In this document: in pieces, positions 46,768-54,293 of the stretch | How the letters are laid out: each line of letters opens with the position of its first letter | How positions within the stretch are numbered: the first letter of the stretch is position 1 | Virus record (IMG/VR): IMGVR_UViG_3300037042_006698 | Coordinates: 1 to 54,293 of that record | DNA from: a virus | Taxonomy: Duplodnaviria; Caudoviricetes | Length of the DNA stretch: 54,293 nucleotides | Reading direction: 5' to 3' (one strand) | Made by a program: the position numbers and the translations under genes | Notes under the pieces: generated by a model | The model's database searches: none | Seen by the model: the letters and a program-made list of their open reading frames with translations, nothing else | What the model was told of the DNA's origin: nothing

Positions 46768-46848
46768 CCGGACGGGTTCATCACTGATTCGTTGCAGCGT
46801 TTCCCATTCGTGGCCGCATTTGGCGCATCCGTATTCGTAGGTAGGCAT
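46651..46848 (-). CDS. FmdB-family zinc-ribbon protein
   Basis: MPTYEYGCAKCGHEWETLQRISDEPVRLCVKC...KRLIS...GFALRGGGWASDLY. Confidence 0.9.
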   Translation of the reverse strand: MPTYEYGCAKCGHEWETLQRISDEPVRLCVKCDEPAAKRLISKGTGFALRGGGWASDLYGSTKPR

Positions 46849-46910
46849 GTCGTTGCCGAAGCTAGCTACGGATTGACTTCGTGGCAACATTCAGAGAGAG
46901 GATGATTCAC

Positions 46911-47417
46911 ATGAAGATTTTCGACGCAGTGAAGCGGGCACGGTTGTTGGCAAAGTCGATCATGGAGGAGCCGCTTGAGCTTCCTGAACCGACGCCGGAG
47001 GTCTACGAGGATACCCGGCTTGATGACGCTCTTGCGCGGATGAAGGTCCTTGAGAGGATCAACAGCGAGTATTTCGACGTTATTGAGCGAATCGAAAAAG
47101 AGCGCGACCAGTGGAAGGACATGTTCTTCACGCAGGCGAGCGAGCACCAAAACGCTCAAGCGTTGCTTCAGAAGATGCTCGCGGACTGCTCGAATAACCT
47201 TCGCGCCGCCCTTAGTCAGCTCAATTTCTTCCGAAAGGGCGCTGACCTGGAGACCGTCATCACGCCAAAGTCACTTATCGATTTTCCGACTGACCTTCCC
47301 GATCAATACGGCGCGAAAATGAAGAAGCTTGCTTCAGAGGCGCTTCCCCAGACGAACGGTCTGACCGAGCGGGAACGGATTTCGGTAACACTTCCTGCTG
47401 CAAGCTCAGTCGGCTGA
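46911..47417 (+). CDS. coiled-coil hypothetical protein
   Basis: GAGAGG RBS; helical heptad pattern. Confidence 0.7.
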   Translation: MKIFDAVKRARLLAKSIMEEPLELPEPTPEVYEDTRLDDALARMKVLERINSEYFDVIERIEKERDQWKDMFFTQASEHQNAQALLQKMLADCSNNLRAALSQLNFFRKGADLETVITPKSLIDFPTDLPDQYGAKMKKLASEALPQTNGLTERERISVTLPAASSVG

Positions 47418-47428
47418 AGCTTTTTTTC

Positions 47429-47457
47429 TTGCACGGACCAGAAGCAGACATTAGCTT
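47429..47457 (+). promoter_or_regulatory. sigma70-like promoter for the ibrAB-like operon
   Basis: TTGCAC-N17-TAGCTT preceded by a T-tract; GAAAGG RBS before GTG 47470. Confidence 0.55.
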
Positions 47458-47469
47458 CCGGAAAGGTTC

Positions 47470-48669
47470 GTGAAAGTCTATCGCGAAGAAAATGTTTTTG
47501 AGGCGGCGGTTCGACGGATCTCGTGGTGTTTTGACCGCTACGAGAACGTGTGCGTGTCTTTCAGCGGCGGGAAAGATTCGACCGTTCTGATGCACCTGAC
47601 GTGCGCCGAAGCACGAAGGCGCGGTCGAAGGGTCCAGGTCCTCTTCATTGACTGGGAGGCGCAGTACCGTCTTACGATTCAGCACGTCGAGCGAATGTTC
47701 GCAGACTACGCGGATGTGATCGAGCCGATCTGGGTTTGCCTTCCGCTAACGACGGTCAACGCGTGCAGCGCGTTTGAGCCTGAATGGTCGTGCTGGGATC
47801 CGTCGAAAGCTGGCCTTTGGGTGAGGGACGTTCCTGAGTGCGCGGTTCGCGATCCTCTTGCCTTTACGTTTTACGAGCCGTCGATGACGTTTGAACATTT
47901 CGTCGATGCGTTCACTCGGCACCTTGGACCATCAACGGTTCAGCTTCTCGGCCTTCGGTCGGATGAAAGCTCTGCAAGGTTTCTGTCGATATGCGATGAC
48001 CTAAAGAACGTGGATGGTCTCCGATGGACAACGGAGACGCTTCCAGGAGTCGTGAAAGGCACGCCCATCTACGACTGGTCGGCGAAGGATGTGTGGGTGT
48101 TTCACGCCAAGACTGGGCTTGCCTATAACCGGGTGTACGATCGGTTTCATCAGGCCGGTCTCAGCCTCTCGCAGATGCGCGTGTGCGAGCCGTACGGCAA
48201 CGAGCAGAGAAAGGGCTTGCAGCTCTTTCACGCTATCGAGCCTGAAACATGGTCAAAGGTTGCCGCTCGCGTATCAGGGGCGAACGCCTGCGCGCTTTAC
48301 TCGAAAGAGCGCGGAAACATCTTGGGCGACCGAAAGATCGAGTTGCCGAACGGGCACACTTGGCGTTCGTTTACCGAGTTTCTTCTCGCGACGATGCCTT
48401 CTCGTACGGCAGAGCATTACCGAAACAAGATTGCCGTCTACATCAAGTGGTATCGCGAGCACGGGGTCGATGAACTTCCCGAGACGGCCGATGGCGACTT
48501 GAAAGCGAAAGACGTTGGTTCATGGAGGCGGATCTGCCGAGCCATTTTGAAGAACGACTACTGGTGTAGCTCGCTTGGGTTTTCGCCGCAGAAGACTAAG
48601 TCCTACGAGCGGTACCGAAAGATCATGGAAAGGCGCAGGAATGACTGGGGAATCTTCGCAAATCGTTGA
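47470..48669 (+). CDS. ibrA: PAPS-reductase-family / DUF3440 protein (IbrA/YbdN-like)
   Basis: VSFSGGKDS PP-loop, LFIDWEAQY, LGLRSDES, PIYDW, MRVCEPYG, WRRICRAILKNDYWC. Confidence 0.92.
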   Translation: MKVYREENVFEAAVRRISWCFDRYENVCVSFSGGKDSTVLMHLTCAEARRRGRRVQVLFIDWEAQYRLTIQHVERMFADYADVIEPIWVCLPLTTVNACSAFEPEWSCWDPSKAGLWVRDVPECAVRDPLAFTFYEPSMTFEHFVDAFTRHLGPSTVQLLGLRSDESSARFLSICDDLKNVDGLRWTTETLPGVVKGTPIYDWSAKDVWVFHAKTGLAYNRVYDRFHQAGLSLSQMRVCEPYGNEQRKGLQLFHAIEPETWSKVAARVSGANACALYSKERGNILGDRKIELPNGHTWRSFTEFLLATMPSRTAEHYRNKIAVYIKWYREHGVDELPETADGDLKAKDVGSWRRICRAILKNDYWCSSLGFSPQKTKSYERYRKIMERRRNDWGIFANR

Positions 48670-49288
48670 AAAGGTACGGGCTGCACTCGCGTGCGCGAAG
48701 GACCTGCCTCTCGATGAACTTGTAGCGGTTTTGAACGAGATTCGTCGCGCCATTCAGCACGCGAGCCCATTCAAGGACGAGCCCGTTGACCTTGTGACGT
48801 GGGTCCGAGCCGACTGCCTAACAGGAAACGACTACAACCCGAACACCGTTGCACCTCCGGAGATGGAGCTGCTCCGACATTCGATTCGATCGGACGGCTA
48901 CACGCAGCCGATCGTTGCGTTCGAGAAGGACGGAAAGTTCGAGGTGGTGGATGGTTTCCACCGCCACCGGGTAGGAAAGGAAACACCGGATATTCAGGCA
49001 CGTCTTTCAGGCTACCTTCCGGTTGTCGTCATCAACCAAAGCCGCGATGGCAAGAGTGACCGCATGGCTTCGACGATCCGGCACAATCGGGCGCGAGGAA
49101 AGCATCAGGTCGATGCCATGAGCGACATCGTCATTGAACTCTTTCGTCGAGGATGGTCGAACGATCAGATCGGCAATGAGCTTGGCATGCAAGAGGATGA
49201 GGTCCTGAGGCTTAAGCAAGTTTCAGGGCTCGCGGATTTGTTCAAGGACGCCGAATTTTCTAAGTCCTGGGATTGGATTCCAGAATGA
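48641..49288 (+). CDS. ibrB: ParB/Srx-like nuclease-domain protein (IbrB/YbdM-like)
   Basis: SPFKDEPVD, NDYNPNTVAPPEMELL, DGYTQPIV, VVDGFHR, STIRHNRARGKH, LGMQEDEVLRLKQ. Confidence 0.92.
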   Translation: MTGESSQIVEKVRAALACAKDLPLDELVAVLNEIRRAIQHASPFKDEPVDLVTWVRADCLTGNDYNPNTVAPPEMELLRHSIRSDGYTQPIVAFEKDGKFEVVDGFHRHRVGKETPDIQARLSGYLPVVVINQSRDGKSDRMASTIRHNRARGKHQVDAMSDIVIELFRRGWSNDQIGNELGMQEDEVLRLKQVSGLADLFKDAEFSKSWDWIPE

Positions 49289-50124
49289 TCGTGCATCAAA
49301 GCCTCGACCGGGATTTCTTTGCAATCATCGATACGCCGGAGAAGGCGTACGTGCTCGGTTTGATTTGGTCGGACGGAACCATCGACTCGCGGAGCAAGCA
49401 GGTGAGGCTCAGGCTTCACCAGAAGGATGGAGAGGTTCTGGAGGCTATCTCGAAGATCGTTGGCGGAGTGTCACCGAAAACGATCGCTCCGAGCGGCAAC
49501 GCAAAATCGCCTCAATCGGCTCTCATCTGGAGCAGTCAGAAGATGGTTTCGGATCTTGAGAAACTAGGCCTCTGCCGAAACAAGGATCAGGTTCTTCCAA
49601 AAGCCCAGATGGTTGACCTTCGCTTCGAAGCCGATTTCGTTAGGGGCCTCGTCGATGGCGACGGGTGCGTTCAGTTCGTGAACTCGACACCCAGGATCTC
49701 GTTCAGGAACAGAAACGACCACCTTCTTGGGTTTGTTCGTAACTTCTGGAAGCGCGCAACTGGCGTTGATGTGTCGCTCGACGGAAAGAAGCCACACAAG
49801 GGCACTGGGAGAATTTATCCAAGCGTCTACATGAGCGGCACGAACGCCGTTGCTGCTGCAAATGCGACGTACGACGGAGCCCGTATAGCGATGGCAAGAA
49901 AGCTGTCGGTGGTCCACGAGTTCAAACGCTGGGTTCCAAGTCCTCACCGAAACCGGTTCCGATTCGGACCTGTCATCAAGCGAATTGGAAGCTCGGGCAA
50001 CTCTGCTGCCCTGCTTCTTGATGCAGCGGTTGCAGGTCATCTTGGGGTTTCAAAAGGCGACTACGTTGAGATTGAGCTGATGTCAGACTGCTCGCTGTCT
50101 GTTCGTCGATCAAAAAAACCTTGA
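49285..50124 (+). CDS. LAGLIDADG homing-endonuclease-like protein with a C-terminal AbrB/MazE-like domain
   Basis: FFAIIDTPEKAYVLGLIWSDG and FVRGLVDGDGC; C-terminal GNSAALLLDAAVAGHLGVSKGDYVEIEL; ATGA overlap. Confidence 0.85.
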   Translation: MIVHQSLDRDFFAIIDTPEKAYVLGLIWSDGTIDSRSKQVRLRLHQKDGEVLEAISKIVGGVSPKTIAPSGNAKSPQSALIWSSQKMVSDLEKLGLCRNKDQVLPKAQMVDLRFEADFVRGLVDGDGCVQFVNSTPRISFRNRNDHLLGFVRNFWKRATGVDVSLDGKKPHKGTGRIYPSVYMSGTNAVAAANATYDGARIAMARKLSVVHEFKRWVPSPHRNRFRFGPVIKRIGSSGNSAALLLDAAVAGHLGVSKGDYVEIELMSDCSLSVRRSKKP

Positions 50125-50236
50125 CCCAATCTTGCGGGCATGGTTTTCTTTGACCCGAAGTAACGGTTCGTCTGCCGGGAGCACTTTTGAGCGACTGGGG
50201 GCAGGCCACTGTGCTTAAAAGCACAAGTGCGTCCCC

Positions 50237-52684
50237 ATGCCGAAAGCAGCTTTGGCAAAACCTATCTCGCGTAATCAGGCATTGTCCTACGACAGGACAG
50301 TGCCGAATGGCCTTGGCGTGACGGCAATCTCAGCCGTGAACGGCCGTGGGAGCTACGCGCGCTTCGCGGCGAATCGTTACAAGGCAACGCGCAGCATTAT
50401 CGGCGGCGCTGGTTCGTCTTCCGAACTCTCACCGAATGGAGACGGGATGTTTTACTACAAGAACAAGAAAAGCGCGCCGAAGATGAGCGCAAAGGCCAAG
50501 AAGAAGTGCGCTCCGCTCGTGAGCAAGGCTGTCTCGGAGGCGAAAGCGGCCCTCGACAAACTTGCCAAGAAGTCGAAGCCCGCGAAAAAGGCCAAGAAGC
50601 GCAAGCTGAGCGCTGCCCAAAAGGCGGCGCTCAAGAAGGGTCAGGCCATGATGGCTGCTCGTCGCGCGGCGATTGCCTCCGGTCGTCCTCTTCCGAAGAA
50701 AGCCCCCAAGAAGGCCGCCCCCAAGAAGGCCGCCCCCAAGAAGGCGAAAAAGGCTTCCAAGAAGGCTCCGAAGCGGGCAAAGAAGTACCAGCCGAAGCCT
50801 TTCGTGCGTAAGGCTGCTCCGAAGCGTAAGGCTGCTCCGAAGCGTAAGGCTGCTCCGAAGCGTAAGGCTGCCGCAAAGCACAAGGCGCCGAAGCATAGCG
50901 CCAAGAAGTCCAAGAAGTTTAAGCGTGTCAAAGCGCTCTACGTTCTTGCTAACCGCAAGTATCGCGCAAACCTCAGCTACGATCAGCTCGTCGCGTACGA
51001 GGCTGCTCGCGCGAAGAAGTCCGCTCCGGCTGCTGCCCAGTCTGCTGCCGCCCCGGCGCGGGGTCTCGCTGCTTACCGGCAGCTCCGCGCGCAGGTGAAG
51101 TCGCTCAAGGATGCTGCCCGTGGCGAGGCGGGTCCCGCGAAGGCCGCTCGCGACAAGGCGAAGGCAGACTACGCTGCGGCGGTGAAGTCGTTTAAGGGTA
51201 AGAAGGACGCTGGGTCGAAGGCCCAGCTTCGTCAAGCCAAGGCGACCCTCGACGTGGCGCAGGCGCAGTATGATTACGCGCAGCACCTTACCGATGCGAA
51301 GATCGCTGCGGCTCAGGGCATGCTTCCCGCCAAGAAGGCACGCAAGGCTCGCAAGCCGGTTCAGCCTCGCGTGTTCGGCGCTCAGTACAAGTCGAAGCGC
51401 GTTCGCGTCGGCAAGAGCGGTCACGCGAACGTTGTGGCGCGCATCGGCAAGAAGGGCGTTGCCACCTACATGTACCTCGACAAGAAAGGCAAGGCGCGCA
51501 AGCTCCCTGACTGGATGGTCGCCGGTGCCCCGAGCGCCGAAGCGTTCGAGAAGAAGCCTGCGTATAAGGAGCGCCTTGCAGCTCGCCGCAAGAAGGCGGC
51601 CGAGTCGGTCAGCAAGAAGGTCCTCGCAGGCAACTATCCGTTCACCCCGAATAAGCGGGTGGTGACTTTTGAACAGTGGGCAAAATCTATGAAGAAGAAG
51701 CACAAGAAGCACGGTAAGGCTCGCCACAACCCGCTTATGCAGGCAGCGGCGAACAAGAAGCGCGGTCGCAAGCACCGCAAGGCTCGTCGCAACCCCCTCA
51801 TGCAGGCAGCGGCGAACAAGAAGCGTGGTCGCAAGCACTCGAAGCGCATGCACCGTAACGGCCAGGTTGCGACGTACATCAGCAACATGGGCGCTTACGC
51901 TTCGGACCTCCTTGAGGTTTTGAAGAGCGGCGCGGTCGTCAGCGGCGGCCTCATCGCCCACAAGGCGCTGACCAACGTCGTCGTCGAGCAGGCGTTCGGC
52001 AAGATTGAGTTCCTCGGCAAGCTCCCCGCGAAGTACCAGAAGAGCGTCGCGGCTGTCGCCGTGGCGGCCGTTGGTATCCCGCTTTCGACGAAGTTCGGCG
52101 GCCAGTATGGCAAGAAGGTCAGCATGGGCATGGGCGCCGCCCTCGTCCACACGCTGTTCTCCGAGCTGCTCGGCGGCATGGACTCGACGGCGAAGTACAA
52201 GCAGTACCTCGGATCGTACACCGAGGCCGACATGAGGCTTCCGATGGGCTCGTACTACGAGTTCCAGCCGGGTCAGTCTTATGCCGGAATGGGTGAGTAC
52301 ATTGAGCAGTCCGGCCCTTTGGCCGGTTTCGGTGAGCTTCAGCAAGCGGCGGCCGGTTTCGGCTCGCCCGCGCTGATGCAGGCCGCTGCTGGGGTTGGCG
52401 AGTACATTGTGTCCGGTGCCGAGGGTATCGGCGAGTACGAGCAGGTTCGCCCTGAGTACACCGCGCCCCATTCGCTTCGTGAAGGCATCGCGCCGAGCCT
52501 CGGTTCGGCCGAGCAAGCGCTGAACATCGCGGAGGCGGCGGCTGGAGTGGGTGGTCTTGGAAATCAGGACCTCTCCCTTGAGCAGACCGTCTACCCGCAA
52601 GGTCAGGCCCTCGATATCGGGGACCAGCCTGGCGGAAGCCGTGCCGGTGTCTTTTACGGCGGCAACGGCGTGTTTGGTCCCTGA
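50237..52684 (+). CDS. histone-H1-like, membrane-linked putative virion core/scaffold protein
   Basis: KKAAPKK and KAAPKR repeats, a duplicated KARxNPLMQAAANKKRGRKH, hydrophobic helices, then an acidic tail with G-(M/F/V/I)-G-E repeats; directly upstream of the capsid candidate. Confidence 0.8.
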   Translation: MPKAALAKPISRNQALSYDRTVPNGLGVTAISAVNGRGSYARFAANRYKATRSIIGGAGSSSELSPNGDGMFYYKNKKSAPKMSAKAKKKCAPLVSKAVSEAKAALDKLAKKSKPAKKAKKRKLSAAQKAALKKGQAMMAARRAAIASGRPLPKKAPKKAAPKKAAPKKAKKASKKAPKRAKKYQPKPFVRKAAPKRKAAPKRKAAPKRKAAAKHKAPKHSAKKSKKFKRVKALYVLANRKYRANLSYDQLVAYEAARAKKSAPAAAQSAAAPARGLAAYRQLRAQVKSLKDAARGEAGPAKAARDKAKADYAAAVKSFKGKKDAGSKAQLRQAKATLDVAQAQYDYAQHLTDAKIAAAQGMLPAKKARKARKPVQPRVFGAQYKSKRVRVGKSGHANVVARIGKKGVATYMYLDKKGKARKLPDWMVAGAPSAEAFEKKPAYKERLAARRKKAAESVSKKVLAGNYPFTPNKRVVTFEQWAKSMKKKHKKHGKARHNPLMQAAANKKRGRKHRKARRNPLMQAAANKKRGRKHSKRMHRNGQVATYISNMGAYASDLLEVLKSGAVVSGGLIAHKALTNVVVEQAFGKIEFLGKLPAKYQKSVAAVAVAAVGIPLSTKFGGQYGKKVSMGMGAALVHTLFSELLGGMDSTAKYKQYLGSYTEADMRLPMGSYYEFQPGQSYAGMGEYIEQSGPLAGFGELQQAAAGFGSPALMQAAAGVGEYIVSGAEGIGEYEQVRPEYTAPHSLREGIAPSLGSAEQALNIAEAAAGVGGLGNQDLSLEQTVYPQGQALDIGDQPGGSRAGVFYGGNGVFGP
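50806..50871. repeat. 18-bp tandem repeat GCGTAAGGCTGCTCCGAA x3.7
   Basis: Encodes RKAAPK repeats. Confidence 0.9.
51716..51838. repeat. 63-bp-period tandem duplication
   Basis: Encodes KAR(H/R)NPLMQAAANKKRGRKH twice. Confidence 0.85.
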
Positions 52685-52831
52685 TCTGTGTTAGATTGCG
52701 ATGCGGGGACTGGTTTTGGGAATTGAACCAGCCTTCGCATCGAAAAATAATCATTCCCTGGCGAGGGGGAACCAGACCCCTAAGGGCAAAACCGGCCCCC
52801 AAAAAACGGTAGCCATCAAGGAAATACGACA

Positions 52832-53602
52832 ATGCCGAAACTTACCAATGTTCGTGAGCGTGTTCACCAGCCCTTTCGCGACACCCTCGTTCGCACCTCC
52901 GGTATGTATACCGGAAATATCACCGACGTGACCCGCCTCTTCACCGTTGCGGGCAAGCCCGAAGGTGAAACCAACCTGCCGAACGGCAGCACGCTCCCGA
53001 GCGACCAGTCGATGGTTGTTCTCGCGTGCCGCGTGTTCACGCACTTCCGCAACTCGATCCAGCGCAGCACCTCGCCGCTCTCGATCGGTGGCCAGGACAT
53101 CCTGCGCCACAACGGTGACTTCGTCTACCCGGCGGACGCCGCAACGGCGACCCAGTTCGCCCAGCTCCTCAACGGCCAGGCCGTTGGCGAGCCGGAAGAC
53201 TGCTTCCGCCTCTGGTGGCAGGCGCAGGACCAGCTCCTTTGGAGCTTCGGTGCTGGAGACAAGTTCTCCATCACCAGCATGCCCTCGGCGTATTTCCCGT
53301 ACGGCGGCGGCTTGGCCCAGGGCCAGATGCAGCAAACCGACCTTATCTACTGGTCGAACGGTATGCCGAGCCACGAGGGTATCCTCCGTCTCGCGCGCGC
53401 CGTGCTCATCCCCCCGCGCCAGAACATCAAGTGCGAAGCGCAGATCAGCCCCCTCTCGGCTCTTTCGAACGCCGCGACGGTCAGCTCGACCCAGGGCGCC
53501 CGCAACTTGCTCTCGCTGCGCGACAACTTGAACGCCCCCGACCTTATCAACAAGGTTGTGTCGTTCACGTTTGACGGCCTTTTCAGCCGCGACGTGCAGT
53601 GA
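52832..53602 (+). CDS. candidate major capsid protein (single jelly-roll type)
   Basis: AAGGA RBS and strong codon bias; beta-strand-rich pattern HQPFRDTL...LFT...ETNL...LP...NGMP...VLIPPRQNI...FDGLFSRDVQ; no HK97 features; downstream hairpins. Confidence 0.6.
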   Translation: MPKLTNVRERVHQPFRDTLVRTSGMYTGNITDVTRLFTVAGKPEGETNLPNGSTLPSDQSMVVLACRVFTHFRNSIQRSTSPLSIGGQDILRHNGDFVYPADAATATQFAQLLNGQAVGEPEDCFRLWWQAQDQLLWSFGAGDKFSITSMPSAYFPYGGGLAQGQMQQTDLIYWSNGMPSHEGILRLARAVLIPPRQNIKCEAQISPLSALSNAATVSSTQGARNLLSLRDNLNAPDLINKVVSFTFDGLFSRDVQ

Positions 53603-53607
53603 GACCA

Positions 53608-53690
53608 CGCGCGGTCGGCCGGATACGGCCTCCGCGCTCTCTCGCGAAAATGCCCGACTCGGCCTTCCGGTCGGGTCGGGCATTTCGTTT
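53608..53690 (+). terminator. tandem hairpins / terminator after the capsid candidate
   Basis: GCGCGG..GGCCG-GATA-CGGCC..CCGCGC, then AAATGCCCGACTCGGCC-TTCC-GGTCGGGTCGGGCATTT followed by T-rich sequence. Confidence 0.7.
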
Positions 53691-53758
53691 CATTCTTCTC
53701 CGTTACCGGTGTCATCACCCTGGCTCTGACATGGCCTTGGTGGTCGAAAGGAAGTGTC

Positions 53759-54293
53759 ATGAACCAGTACGACGTTTCTGATTTTGCTCGGGCGCTTGAG
53801 CAGATGCGGTCCGACTTCAACCAGGGCCTCAATCGCGTTGCGGGTGGTCTGCGTAACTACAACGACAAGCAGCTCGCGCAAATGCACGGGCGCATGGAGG
53901 AGTTGTCTCGCGTAACGAACTCGATGCACGCGAAGCGTAGCGGCCGATTCTGGCAGGGTCGCACGACGATGATCGAGGATATCCCCGGTCGTCGCGTCCC
54001 CTACGTCCTCGTGGTAGACATCCCGATCAGCTCCTCGGATACAAGCATCCGCGAGTCGTCGGTTACGATTTCGCAAGAAGGCCCCTTCGTTGCCGTCAAG
54101 CGTATGGCGACGTTCCAGAGCGTTCTTGAGTACCAGGTGAACACCGTTTCAGAAGGAATTGCCCGATTTACCGGCCGGTCGTTCGGTCGCTATCGACCGG
54201 TGCATTCGGTCTGCGACATCATGGACTCGCAGCACAACACGCTTGGAAACACGAGCCAGTGGTTCCTCGCGGCGCTTGCGAACCCGAACGCCG
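53759..54293 (+). CDS. 3'-truncated protein, candidate second capsid protein
   Basis: AAAGGAAG RBS; MNQYDVSDFARALEQ...IEDIPGRRVPYVLVVDIPI...VTISQEGPFVAVKR...; open to the window end; helical N-terminus then beta-strands. Confidence 0.65.
   Translation, partial: MNQYDVSDFARALEQMRSDFNQGLNRVAGGLRNYNDKQLAQMHGRMEELSRVTNSMHAKRSGRFWQGRTTMIEDIPGRRVPYVLVVDIPISSSDTSIRESSVTISQEGPFVAVKRMATFQSVLEYQVNTVSEGIARFTGRSFGRYRPVHSVCDIMDSQHNTLGNTSQWFLAALANPNA

Noticed and set aside
49285-50124. Intein or group I intron
   Set aside because: No N-terminal Cys/Ser splicing block or terminal His-Asn, and the flanking genes appear intact
50429-52600. 723-aa minus-strand ORF
   Set aside because: Antisense shadow of the strongly codon-biased Lys/Ala-rich core gene
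1-54293. Integrated prophage or chromosomal region
   Set aside because: No integrase, att repeats or host housekeeping flanks in this window; lifestyle cannot be determined

Overview
This window is a gene-dense piece of a large bacteriophage-like genome. It has no rRNA or housekeeping operons and no recognisable terminase, portal, HK97 capsid or tail-tube/sheath gene. From left to right it holds: a RusA plus lysis cassette (GH73 endolysin, holin-like gene); tRNA-Asn(GTT); small effector-like genes carrying domains usually seen in phage polyvalent proteins (ART, papain-like, HEXXH, GP88-like, three pentapeptide-repeat proteins); UvrD and SNF2 helicases; a long minus-strand morphogenesis block (10-aa-repeat fibre, about 13 proteins with a C-terminal membrane anchor, a transglutaminase-like Cys-His-Asp protein, a long coiled coil); a replication module (initiator-like gene with a perfect 21-bp inverted repeat, DnaB-like helicase, TOPRIM primase); an IbrA/IbrB-like pair; a LAGLIDADG-AbrB fusion; a histone-H1-like membrane-linked core protein; and two candidate jelly-roll capsid proteins. 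The best-fitting interpretation (inference) is a tailless virus with an internal membrane. The most striking unexplained pattern is two short peptide tags recurring across unrelated proteins. One is an Asn-centred tag (TPN/RNP/SNG) on basic or cargo domains. The other is a G-hydrophobic-G tag on membrane-anchored proteins. Where both occur in one protein they lie on opposite sides of the hydrophobic segments, suggesting a virion sorting or maturation code. All family assignments are from motif recognition by eye; no searches were run.
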